Below are positions 21,801 to 33,825 of a DNA stretch of 64,000 nucleotides, piece by piece (the stretch's first letter is position 1; every line of letters begins with the position of its first letter). The position numbers and the translations under genes were made by a program. The notes under the pieces are model-generated. The model saw only the letters and a program-made list of their open reading frames with translations. It was not told the DNA's origin and did not search any database. The DNA is taken from contig CATNEN010000025.1 of the NCBI GenBank assembly GCA_950097015.1, forward strand, positions 7,688,001-7,752,000, in the 5' to 3' direction. Origin of the DNA: Macrostomum hystrix (lineage: Eukaryota > Animalia > Platyhelminthes).

Positions 21801-24800
21801 GGCTGCTGGAAGAGGGTGCCTACACTGCAGCCTTCCCGCTACACGATGTGAGTTAGGCTTATGAATTGTGACTCATCTGAATCTCCTGCTTGAGTCTCCT
21901 GAATCTCTTGCTTGAGCCTCCTGAATCTCTTGCTTGAGTCTCCTGAATCTCTTGCTTGAGTCTCCTGAATCTCTTGTTTGAGTCTCCTGAATCTCTTGCT
22001 CGAGTCTCCTGAATCTCTTGCTTGAGTCTCCTGAATCTCTTGCTTGAGCCTCCTGAATCTCTTGTTTGAGCCTCCTGAATCTCTTGTTTGAGCCTCCTGA
22101 ATCTCTTGCTCGAGTCTCCTGAATCTCTTGCTTGAGTCTCCTGAATCTCTTGCTTGAGCCTCCTGAATCTCTTGTTTGAGCCTCCTGAATCTCTTGTTTG
22201 AGCCTCCTGAATCTCTTGTTTGAGCCTCCTGAATCTCTTGCTTGAGTCTCCTGAATCTCTTGTTTGAGTCTCCTGAATCTCTTGCTCGAGTCTCCTGAAT
22301 CTCTTGCTTGAGTCTCCTGAATCTCTTGCTTGAGCCTCCTGAATCTCTTGTTTGAGCCTCCTGAATCTCTTGTTTGAGCCTCCTGAATCTCTTGTTTGAG
22401 CCTCCTGAATCTCTTGCTTGAGTCTCCTGAATCTCTTGCTTGAGTCTCCTGAATCTCTTGCTTGAGTCTCCTGAATCTCTTGTTTGAGTCTCCTGAATCT
22501 CTTGTTTGAGTCTCCTGAATCTCTTGTTTGAGTCTCCTGAATCTCTTGTTTGAGTCTCCTGAATCTCTTGTTTGAGTCTCCTGAATCTCTTGTTTGAGTC
22601 TCCTGAATCTCTTGTTTGAGTCTCCTGAATCTCTTGTTTGAGCCTCCTGAATCTCTTGCTTGAGTCTCCTGAATCTCTTGCTTGAGCCTCCTGAATCTCT
22701 TGTTTGAGTCTCCTGAATCTCTTGTTTGAGCCTCCTGAATCTCTTGCTTGAGTCTCCTGAATCTCTTGCTTGAGTCTCCTGAATCTCTTGCTTGAGCCTC
22801 CTGAATCTCTTGTTTGAGCCTCCTGAATCTCTTGTTTGAGTCTCCTGAATCTCTTGTTTGAGTCTCCTGAATCTCTTGTTTGAGTCTCCTGAATCTCTTG
22901 TTTGAGTCTCCTGAATCTCTTGTTTGAGTCTCCTGAATCTCTTGTTTGAGTCTCCTGAATCTCTTGTTTGAGTCTCCTGAATCTCTTGTTTGAGTCTCCT
23001 GAATCTCTTGTTGAGTCTCCTGAATCTCTTGTTTGAGTCTCCTGAATCTCTTGCTTGAGCCTCCTGAATCTCTTGCTTGAGCCTCCTGAATCTCTTGTTT
23101 GAGTCTCCTGAATCTCTTGTTTGAGCCTCCTGAATCTCTTGCTTGAGTCTCCTGAATCTCTTGCTTGAGTCTCCTGAATCTCTTGCTTGAGTCTCCTGAA
23201 TCTCTTGTTTGAGCCTCCTGAATCTCTTGTTTGAGTCTCCTGAATCTCTTGTTTGAGTCTCCTGAATCTCTTGTTTGAGTCTCCTGAATCTCTTGTTTGA
23301 GTCTCCTGAATCTCTTGTTTGAGTCTCCTGAATCTCTTGTTTGAGTCTCCTGAATCTCTTGTTTGAGTCTCCTGAATCTCTTGTTTGAGTCTCCTGAATC
23401 TCTTGTTTGAGTCTCCTGAATCTCTTGCTTGAGCCTCCTGAATCTCTTGTTTGAGCCTCCTGAATCTCTTGTTTGAGCCTCCTGAATCTCTTGCTCGAGT
23501 CTCATGAATCTCTTGTTTGAGTCTCCTGAATCTCTTGTTTGAGTCTCCTGAATCTCTTGTTTGAGTCTCCTGAATCTCTTGCTTGAGCCTCCTGAATCTC
23601 TTGTTTGAGCCTCCTGAATCTCTTGTTTGAGCCTCCTGAATCTCTTGCTTGAGCCTCCTGAATCTCTTGTTTGAGCCTCCTGAATCTCTTGTTTGAGCCT
23701 CCTGAATCTCTTGTTTGAGTCTCCTGAATCTCTTGTTTGAGTCTCCTGAATCTCTTGTTTGAGTCTCCTGAATCTCTTGTTTGAGTCTCCTGAATCTCTT
23801 GCTTGAGCCTCCTGAATCTCTTGCTTGAGCCTCCTGAATCTCTTGTTTGAGTCTCCTGAATCTCTTGTTTGAGCCTCCTGAATCTCTTGTTTGAGTCTCC
23901 TGAATCTCTTGCTTGAGCCTCCTGAATCTCTTGTTTGAGCCTCCTGAATCTCTTGTTTGAGTCTCCTGAATCTCTTGTTTGAGTCTCCTGAATCTCTTGT
24001 TTGAGTCTCCTGAATCTCTTGTTTGAGTCTCCTGAATCTCTTGCTTGAGCCTCCTGAATCTCTTGCTTGAGCCTCCTGAATCTCTTGTTTGAGTCTCCTG
24101 AATCTCTTGTTTGAGCCTCCTGAATCTCTTGCTTGAGTCTCCTGAATCTCTTGCTTGAGTCTCCTGAATCTCTTGCTTGAGTCTCCTGAATCTCTTGTTT
24201 GAGCCTCCTGAATCTCTTGTTTGAGTCTCCTGAATCTCTTGTTTGAGCCTCCTGAATCTCTTGCTTGAGCCTCCTGAATCTCTTGTTTGAGCCTCCTGAA
24301 TCTCTTGTTTGAGCCTCCTGAATCTCTTGCTTGAGCCTCCTGAATCTCTTGTTTGAGCCTCCTGAATCTCTTGTTTGAGCCTCCTGAATCTCTTGTTTGA
24401 GTCTCCTGAATCTCTTGTTTGAGTCTCCTGAATCTCTTGCTTGAGCCTCCTGAATCTCTTGCTCGAGTCTCCTGAATCTCTTGCTTGAGCCTCTTGAATC
24501 TCTTGTTTGAGTCTCCTGAATCTCTTGTTTGAGTCTCATGAATCTCTTGTTTGAGTCTCCTGAATCTCTTGTTTGAGTCTCCTGAATCTCTTGTTTGAGT
24601 CTCCTGAATCTCTTGTTTGAGTCTCCTGAATCTCTTGCTTGAGTCTCCTGAATCTCTTGCTTGAGTCTCCTGAATCTCTTGCTCGAGTCTCCTGAATCTC
24701 TTGCTTGAGCCTCTTGAATCTCTTGTTTGAGTCTCCTGAATCTCTTGCTTGAGTCTCCTGAATCTCTTGTTTGAGTCTCCTGAATCTCTTGTTTGAGTCT

Positions 24801-27800
24801 CATGAATCTCTTGTTTGAGTCTCCTGAATCTCTTGCTTGAGTCTCCTGAATCTCTTGCTCGAGTCTCCTGAATCTCTTGTTTAAGTCTCCTGAATCTCTT
24901 GCTTGAGCCTCCTGAATCTCTTGTTTGAGTCTCATGAATCTCTTGTTTGAGTCTCCTGAATCTCTTGCTTGAGTCTCATGAATCTCTTGCTTGAGTCTCC
25001 TGAATCTCTTGCTTGAGTCTCCTGAATCTCTTGCTTGAGTCTCCTGAATCTCTTGCTTGAGCCTCCTGAATCTCTTGCTTGAGCCTCCTGAATCTCTTGC
25101 TTGAGCCTCCTGAATCTCTTGTTTAAGTCTCCTGAATCTCTTGTTTAAGTCTCCTGAATCTCTTGCTAGAGCCTCCTGAATCTCTTGCTCGAGTCTCCTG
25201 AATCTCTTGCTTGAGCCTCCTGAATCTCTTGCTTGAGCCTCCTGAATCTTGTGGCGTCAGTAGCAGAGCGGTTTAACAAGCTTGCCTCTCGCACCAAGGT
25301 CCCCTGAGCTCGAATCCGCGGCGAGTCACAATTTACGCCCTAGAGGGCTAATTGCCAAGGCACAGTGAAAGTTTACTCTGCCTAACGATGAGAAGGTCAG
25401 GGCCTCACACTCACCTGTGTTAGAGTGTGCCTGCGTGCGGTATCTGTGTGCGTGTGTGCCTTACAGTCAGCGAAATGGGCAGAATTGCCTCCTAGCTGGC
25501 TGCGAGTGAAGTGTCACCAAATGATTGCTATTGCCCGCAGCCCTCCTGCAGTTATTATAATTAGCATCCCGAATCTCTTGGTTTGAGACTCCTAAAGCTG
25601 TTAAAATAAAACAAATTGTGCAGGGTCCGCACGAGCTGCCGCAAACGCGCGTGTCCGGCGCTGATTTGAATCCGCGCCAAATTCTGCACGCCTACTGGGC
25701 CCGCTGGGATCTCTGGTGCAAGTACCAGCCGTTGGACCATATCAGGGAATATTACGGCGAAAAGATAGCCCTGTATTTTGCCTGGCTCGGTGAGCAAGCA
25801 AAGGACTCAAATAATACAAAATTTCCTTTATTCTTCTCAAATAATCCGGGTGATTACGCATGCACTGACGTGTCTACTGACAGTAAAATAAGGAGAATTT
25901 TTCAACCAATTTTCTTTTTTTCCAGGCCTATACACTGCGTGGCTACTGCCGGCTAGCTTATTCGGTGTGGCCGTATTCGCCTACGGATGCTTCACCATCG
26001 GCAGTAACTTTCCCGCGTGAGCACAACTCTTTGTTTCTTTACAAGAAAGAATTTAAAGACAAAGTTTAGAAAAAAAAGTATTTTAAAAACTAACCTTTTT
26101 TAGCCAAGAGATCTGCAACAGCAGCACAGAGTACCGAATGTGCCCTCTTTGTGACGAGTCTAACGGTTGCAAGTATTGGTACCTCAGTGACACCTGCGTC
26201 TATGCGAAGATTTCTTATTTGTTCGACCATCCGTGCACTGTGTCCTACGCTGTGTTCGTGTCTTTGTGGGGTGAGCCTTCGTTTAATAGCGCCAAAATTG
26301 AAAGCAAACTCAAGTTGTTAAATTAAAAAAAACCTCTGCAGCCTTCTCTGCATTCGGCCGTTCAGCCACCTCACTTTCTATCCCTCCCCTTCCCTCATTC
26401 CTCGGCCACCTAAGTCACTACCCCTCCCCTTTCCACATACGTCGGCCACCCCGCTCCTATCTCTCCCCTCCCCTTATTTATCGGCCACCTAACACGTTCA
26501 CTTTCCTCATCCGTCAGCCACCTCACTCCCTACCCCAAACTTGCCCGCTCCCTATCCCTTCTCTTCCCTCATTCGTCAGCCACCTCACTCCCACTCCTTC
26601 ACTTTCTCTCATTCGTCAGCCACCTCACTCCCTCTCCCTCACCTTCTCTCATTCGTCAGCCACCTCACTCCCACTCCTTCACTTTCTCTCATTCGTCAGC
26701 CACCTCACTCCCTCTCCCTCACCTTCTCTCATTCGTCAGCCACCTCACTCCCTCTCCCTCACCTTCTCTCATTCGTCAGCCACCTCACTCCCTCTCCCTC
26801 ACCTTCTCTCATTCGTCAGCCACCTCACTCCCTCTCCCTCACCTTCTCTCATTCGTCTGCCACCTCACTCCCTCTCCTTCACCTTCTCTCATTCGTCAGA
26901 CACCTCACTCCCTCTCCCTCACCTTCTCTCATTCGTCAGCCACCTCACTCCCTCTCCCTCACCTTCTCTCATTCGTCAGCCACCTCACTCCCTACCCCAA
27001 CCTGGCCCTCATCCACTCAGCTGACGAATCTTTTCCCAGACCGTAATACCTTGACAGTCTCAATCTTTGCCATTCTTTCCTATTTTCACCGCAGCCGTCA
27101 CCTTCCTGGAGGCGTGGAAGCGTAAGAACGCCTCGCTGGCGCACCACTGGGACGTGGCAGATTTTGAGGAGCATCAGGAACGACCCAGACCGGAGTTCGC
27201 CGCCATGTGCACCGCCTACAGGACCAATCCGGTCACAGGCCAGGTTGAGCCGCACTTTCCTGATAAACAGCGCATTCCTAGATTGATCACTGGCTTCACC
27301 ACCATTGTTGTCATGGTAATTGAAATTTATTTAAATTGCACCTAAATTATTCACCTTGATTGTATTGGTTCAAATTCGCAAGTTGAACAATACCGCAAAA
27401 CACACAGCTGGTTGTGGTGTGCATCTTTATCACGGCCGTCGTTGCCTATCGCCTGGTGATTTCCGTGCCACTGTTTCGCAATCCACTGTTTCACGCACGG
27501 GCCAACTTGCTAGCTAACGCATCGGCCGGCGTATTAAATCTGATACTAATCATGTGCCTGGGATTTATTTACGAGAAGCTGGCCTACCGCATCACCCAGT
27601 GGGGTGAGCTTTGTAACTTCTACCCCCCTACTTCAGCCGTTTCTACCATCATTACTTCAGTACATCGACTGTCTCAACCCCCTTCACTTCAGTACCTCGA
27701 CTGTCTCAACCCCCTTCACTTCAGTACCTCGACTGTCTCAACCCCCTTCACTTCAGTACCTCGACTGTCTCAACCCCCTTCACTTCAGTACCTCGACTGT

Positions 27801-30800
27801 CTCAACCCCCATCACTTCAGTACCTCAACTGTCTCAACCCCCTTCACTTCAGTACCTCAACTGTCTCAACCCCCTTCACTTCAGTACCTCGACTGTCTCA
27901 ACCCCCATCACTTCAGTACCTCGACTGTCTCAACCCCCTTCACTTCAGTACCTCAACTGTTTCAACCCCCATCACTTCAGTACCTCGACTGTCTCAACCC
28001 CCTTCACTTCAGTACCTCGACTGTCTCAACCCCCTTCACTTCAGTACCTCGACTGTCTCAACCCCCTTCACTTCAGTACCTCAACTCTCTCAACCCCATC
28101 ACTTCAGTACCTCGACTGTCTCAACCCCCTTCACTTCAGTACCTCGACTGTCTCAACCCCCTTCACTTCAGTACCTCGACTGTCTCAACCCCCATCACTT
28201 CAGTACCTCGACTGTCTCAACCCCCTTCACTTCAGTACCTCAACTGTTTCAACCCCCATCACTTCAGTACCTCGACTGTCTCAACCCCCTTCACTTCAGT
28301 ACCTCGACTGTCTCAACCCCCTTCACTTCAGTACCTCGACTGTCTCAACCCCCTTCACTTCAGTACCTCAACTCTCTCAACCCCCTTCACTTCAGTACCT
28401 CAACTGTTTCAACCCCCATCACTTCAGTACCTCGACTGTCTCAACCCCCTTCACTTCAGTACCTCGACTGTCTCAACCCCCTTCACTTCAGTACCTCGAC
28501 TGTCTCAACCCCCTTCACTTCAGTACCTCAACTCTCTCAACCCCATCACTTCAGTACCTCGACTGTCTCAACCCCCTTCACTTCAGTACCTCGACTGTCT
28601 CAACCCCCTTCACTTCAGTACCTCGACTGTCTCAACCCCCTTCACTTCAGTACCTCAACTCTCTCAACCCCATCACTTCAGTACCTCGACTGTCTCAACC
28701 CCCTTCACTTCAGTACCTCGACTGTCTCAACCCCCTTCACTTCAGTACCTCGACTGTCTCAACCCCCTTCACTTCAGTACCTCAACTCTCTCAACCCCAT
28801 CACTTCAGTACCTCGACTGTCTCAACCCCCTTCACTTCAGTACCTCGACTGTCTCAACCCCCTTCACTTCAGTACCTCAACTCTCTCAACCCCCATCACT
28901 TCAGTACCTCGACTGTCTCAACCCCCTTCACTTCAGTACCTCGACTGTCTCAACCCCCTTCACTTCAGTACCTCGACTGTCTCAACCCCCTTCACTTCAG
29001 TACCTCGACTGTCTCAACCCCCATCACTTCAGTACCTCAACTGTCTCAACCCCCTTCACTTCAGTACCTCAACTGTCTCAACCCCCTTCACTTCAGTACC
29101 TCGACTGTCTCAACCCCCATCACTTCAGTACCTCGACTGTCTCAACCCCCTTCACTTCAGTACCTCAACTGTTTCAACCCCCATCACTTCAGTACCTCGA
29201 CTGTCTCAACCCCCTTCACTTCAGTACCTCGACTGTCTCAACCCCCTTCACTTCAGTACCTCGACTGTCTCAACCCCCTTCACTTCAGTACCTCAACTCT
29301 CTCAACCCCATCACTTCAGTACCTCGACTGTCTCAACCCCCTTCACTTCAGTACCTCGACTGTCTCAACCCCCTTCACTTCAGTACCTCGACTGTCTCAA
29401 CCCCCATCACTTCAGTACCTCGACTGTCTCAACCCCCTTCACTTCAGTACCTCAACTGTTTCAACCCCCATCACTTCAGTACCTCGACTGTCTCAACCCC
29501 CTTCACTTCAGTACCTCGACTGTCTCAACCCCCTTCACTTCAGTACCTCAACTCTCTCAACCCCATCACTTCAGTACCTCGACTGTCTCAACCCCCTTCA
29601 CTTCAGTACCTCGACTGTCTCAACCCCCTTCACTTCAGTACCTCAACTCTCTCAACCCCCATCACTTCAGTACCTCGACTGTCTCAACCCCCTTCACTTC
29701 AGTACCTCGACTGTCTCAACCCCCTTCACTTCAGTACCTCGACTGTCTCAACCCCCTTCACTTCAGTACCTCGACTGTCTCAACCCCCATCACTTCAGTA
29801 CCTCAACTGTCTCAACCCCCTTCACTTCAGTACCTCGACTGTCTCAACCCCCTTCACTTCAGTACCTCGACTGTCTCAACCCCCATCACTTCAGTACCTC
29901 AACTGTCTCAACCCCCTTCACTTCAGTACCTCAACTGTCTCAACCCCCTTCACTTCAGTACCTCGACTGTCTCAACCCCCATCACTTCAGTACCTCGACT
30001 GTCTCAACCCCCTTCACTTCAGTACCTCAACTGTTTCAACCCCCATCACTTCAGTACCTCGACTGTCTCAACCCCCTTCACTTCAGTACCTCGACTGTCT
30101 CAACCCCCTTCACTTCAGTACCTCAACTGTCTCAACCCCCTTCACTTCAGTACCTCGACTGTCTCAACCCCCTTCACTTCAGTACCTCGACTGTCTCAAC
30201 CCCCTTCACTTCAGTACCTCGACTGTCTCAACCCCCTTACCTGAGATCCTAAAGTAAGTACTCCGTTATTTCAGGGCTTTGGTTGTCAGCCATGGTAATA
30301 TGATATGATAATATTTCTAAACCAAGCCCGCCAACCCTCTCACTGCCAAACTGCAGAGATGCACCGCACCCAAACGGAGTTCGAAAACCAACTAGCACTG
30401 AAGGTGTTCATCTTTCAGTTCGTCAACTTTTATTCGTCAATTATCTATATCGCATTCTTCAAGGGTAAATTTATCGGCTTTCCTGGGCGCTATCTGACCT
30501 TCCTGGGCCTGAGAAACGAGGACTGTGACAGCGGCGGCTGCTTGATTGAGCTAGCACAACAGCTTGGCGTCATCATGATCGGAAAGCAGCTGATTAACAA
30601 CTGTCAGGAGTTCGTTCTGCCGTGAGTTTCTTGAGAATATATTGGCACATTATTTTACAATAAAACGCCAATAATTCGATAGGCTGGCTCAGATCAGTCA
30701 CGTGCACGGCTTGGGGTTGTTGACGAGGGCTTCCCCGTGATGCTTCTAAAAATAGCAACAATTCAAAACTCTTAAGTCGTCGAAAATACCCTTCAACCAC

Positions 30801-33308
30801 GCGCAGCAAGTTAAGCGCGTGGCTTCACAGATTTCGAAGCGGCCTTCGGAGCGTCGATAAGTCGAACGATAAAAACAGATTGACGACGAATTTTCAACGG
30901 CTAACCCGCTGTGAAGCCGACTACCGACTGGCTCCCTACGACGGCCTATTCGACGAATACCTAGAGATGGTGCTGCAGTTCGGCTTCATCACCATCTTTG
31001 TAGCCGCGTTCCCGTTGGCTCCACTGTTCGCCCTATTCAACAACTGGCTGGAGATTCGGCTGGACGCTGGCAAGCTTGTCCGGGACACGAGGCGGCCAGT
31101 GTCCGAGCGAGCTCAGGGCATTGGCGTGTGGTTCTCACTGCTGGACGTCATGGTGCAGTTGTCTGTCATATCTAATGTGAGCTGACAATATTTAATCATT
31201 TAATCAGGAGAGAACTCAGCATGGCCTCAAAATAATTTTGCTGCAAGCAGAACATATCTCTCTGGATCCACTCTGACCAACTTTGATGCACAAATTCAGA
31301 AACTAACATTAGATGGGGTAGAAATTGGAGTGGGGTGTGGGGGGGATCCACGGATTGGATATCTGTATGTACTTAGCCATTAAATGCGCCATATAATGTC
31401 TGTGTCTGCACATTTGGACTAACAAGCTTAAACGTGCTTTGTTTTTGTTTGACAATTTTGTTTTAATATATTCCCGATAATCAGATCTAATCTAATAGTA
31501 CGAGCACATAGCCTTAACAGTAGACAGACATCGCTATTTCAAATAACCAAAATTTTCCCATTTCTGTATTTCCCAAAATATTCAACCCATTGCTATGGAA
31601 ATCCAGAAAATATGCTAAACTTTTCCGCTCTATCCGATATAGGCTAATATAGGCCTAACTTTTTGCCCTCAAAATTTCATCATGTAACCATGGCGGCTAT
31701 TGCTTTTATTTACTTTATTAATTATAATAGTTAATTATCATAATAACAATTACAATACTAATAATAATGATTGCAGGAGGGCTGCGGGCAATGGCACATC
31801 ATTTTGTGACACTAGACCCGCAGCCAGCAAGGAGGCAATTCTGTCCATTTCGCTGACTCCTGAGCACACACGCACTTAGATACTGTACGCAGGTGTGTAC
31901 ATCTGCCCTGACTTTCCCATTGTCAGTGTACACTTCACTGTGCCTTGGAGGTTGGTCCTCAAGGGCGTAAATTGCACAACAAGCCCCCAAGCCTTCTATC
32001 CGCGGCTGCGCCCCAAATAAATGTGGCCTCGCCGTGGAATCGAACTTAGGGACCTTGGTGCGAGAGGCAAACGCATTAACCGCTCTGCCACCGACAGCCT
32101 AATTATCATATTATGATAATCATATACAATAATCGCTGAATATGTCGACGATGCTGATTCGGGCCGCTTTCAAAGTTAGTAACCCTAACCCTAACCCTAA
32201 CCCTAACCTAGCCCTAACTATTTGTCGTAAAACGCGGAAAATTTTGATCCATATGTGTACTGTCACGAAAATCTGTCTTTCGATCGTGAAGTAGACATGG
32301 GTATTGGTCTTTTCCCACGGAGGAATATAGCGTAGAATCTACTCTTAAGCTACTAAAGTTTTTACGCTTCGAAAACAAAAAAACAAATACCTAAGCTCGC
32401 ATAACCTTCACACTTTAAATAGGCCTTTTTAATAGCGTTCACATCGGAGTTCCTGCCGCGCCAGCTCTACAGATACGAAATTGATTCAGATCTGCGAGGC
32501 TACACAAACTTCAGTCTGGCTTGGGCACCAGCCAATGCCACCTCGCTACCCTGTCGCTATAAGGCTTTTAGAGAGGCCGATGGTCACTACAGCATGTACC
32601 ACTGGCGATTAATGGCAGTGCGATTGGCTTTTGTCATTGTCTTCGAGGTAAACTACTGCATTTGAAGTTTATTTATTGATTTTTGTAGCAGTATTAAGAT
32701 TCTGTACAGCAATGGAACTTACGATGAAGGCACAGATTGACCAGGAGTCGACAACCTCTGGTCAGCGGCCCAGATGCGGCCCAAATCCGACCCATGACAT
32801 TCCAATACATACTCTATCCTTTTCATTTCTCCCCTTTAATCTATCTACTGTCTTGTCTAGACTCTACTGCCTAATCTTTCTATTTTCTATTCGGCCTCTA
32901 CTGTACAATCTATCTACTGTCCAATCACTATACTGTCTCATCTCTAAACTGTCCCGTTTATCTACTGTCTTATCTATCTACTGTCTCATCTCTCTACTGT
33001 CTCATCTCTTCACTGTCTTATCTCTCTACTGTCTCATATCGTTACAGTCAATCAGGCCCGCTATTCTCTTTCGGATTATCTCTTTGAACCGCCAGGCATG
33101 TAAGATTGGCGTCACCTTCTTGCCGGCTTCTACTAAAGCAAAAAATGCCTCACACCCGCAGAATATGTTATTCTTCACCAGTCGCCTACTGGACCTTCTC
33201 ATACCGGATGTGCCAGAGCAGTTGCGCATCAAGATGCTCAAAGAGCGGTGCCTGGCTCGACAGGCCCTGATGGATGCTGAGATTGAATTGAAAGCCACAA
33301 AATTCTAA
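18862..33308 (+). CDS. ANO7-like: Anoctamin / TMEM16 family protein, ANO7-like, 15 exons, about 862 aa
   Basis: Exons 18862-18948, 20157-20277, 20713-20831, 21012-21119, 21204-21340, 21679-21847, 25624-25789, 25926-26016, 26104-26270, 27095-27315, 27408-27603, 30357-30621, 30807-31176, 32423-32647 and 33162-33308, all GT-AG and phase-consistent (2589 nt). Motifs [88 protein letters not shown] at 33704. The first exon is the least certain. Confidence 0.93.
19110..20030. repeat. 15-bp intronic minisatellite CTGTCTCATCTAT(C/T)N
   Basis: 15-bp period in ANO intron 1. Confidence 0.95.
20300..20629. repeat. 20-bp intronic minisatellite GACTGAAGGATTAGCAGA(A/C)T
   Basis: About 16 copies starting just after the 20277 donor. 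Confidence 0.95.
20838..20978. repeat. 21-bp intronic minisatellite TCTTGAGCACACATATACTCA
   Basis: About 7 copies starting directly after GTGAGT at 20832. Confidence 0.92.
21876..25250. repeat. 22-bp intronic array GAG(T/C)CTCCTGAATCTCTTG(T/C)TT
   Basis: About 150 copies; ORFs 21859..23505 and 23502..24935 are repeat translations. Confidence 0.97.
25251..25562 (+). mobile_element. tRNA-derived SINE, copy 3 (internally deleted), inserted at the end of the 22-bp array
   Basis: Head GTGGCGTCAGTAGCAGAGCGG…GCTCGAATCC, the same body as the other copies minus about 45 bp, and a TTATTATAATT tail. A degenerate array unit (CCGAATCTCTTGGTTTGAGACTCCT) resumes after it. Confidence 0.85.
26340..26995. 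repeat. 40-bp pyrimidine-rich intronic minisatellite
   Basis: Unit TTCTCTCATTCGTCAGCCACCTCACTCCCTCTCCCTCACC. Confidence 0.93.
27645..30240. repeat. 32-bp intronic array CTTCAGTACCTC(G/A)ACTGTCTCAACCCCC(T/A)TCA
   Basis: About 80 copies; the 947-aa and 882-aa ORFs are read-through of an ANO exon into this array. Confidence 0.97.
31743..32099 (-). mobile_element. tRNA-derived SINE, copy 4 (full length, with TSD)
   Basis: Minus-strand head GGCTGTCGGTGGCAGAGCGG…GTTCGATTCC. Flanked by the 11-bp direct repeat TAATTATCATA (31732-31742 and 32100-32110). Confidence 0.9.
32181..32218. repeat. Short interstitial telomere-like (TAACCC)n tract
   Basis: TAACCCTAACCCTAACCCTAACCCTAACCTAGCCCTAAC, i.e. TTAGGG on the minus strand. 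Confidence 0.85.
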
Positions 33309-33825
33309 TAGCTACTAGAAAGGCTTTATCGGGGCTAATGGGACAGATGCAAGCCTAAAGTTTACAGCGCTTCCGGATTTAAGAAACGTTATAACAAATT
33401 TTTGTTATTTTAAGAGATCTGGTACTCGTAACTATAATACGAGTTACAAACTGGAAGCAGGATCTATTTGTATCGTGGTGACAGCTACTCAAATATTTAT
33501 TCCCCTATTATTAAGCACATTTGCTAGGAAAAAAGACGAATTCCCAATGCACAAGGACTGGAATGTTTGATATATTATGTACGTTAATTTAAAACAAATA
33601 CCCACTTGCAATTATGCTATGCATTGTAGCCTTTATTTACACATTTGCCAAGCCATATATGGTTTAAAATGTACTTTTTAAAACTTTTGCTTGCACATGT
33701 ATCAATAAAACATGACAAATTAACTAGCGGAGACACGAATTATTTAATGAACAAAGCGACATTGTTTGAGGATTAAGTGAATTTGAAATTTGGGAAACCT
33801 TCCTGCGGGAAGATTTACAGGTAGC

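Noticed and set aside
21859-24935. 548-aa and 477-aa coiled-coil-looking ORFs
   Set aside because: Antisense translations of the intronic 22-bp array inside the ANO gene.
27414-30257. 947-aa ORF as a single gene
   Set aside because: Only the first ~63 codons are a real ANO exon; there is a GT donor at 27604 and the rest is the 32-bp array.
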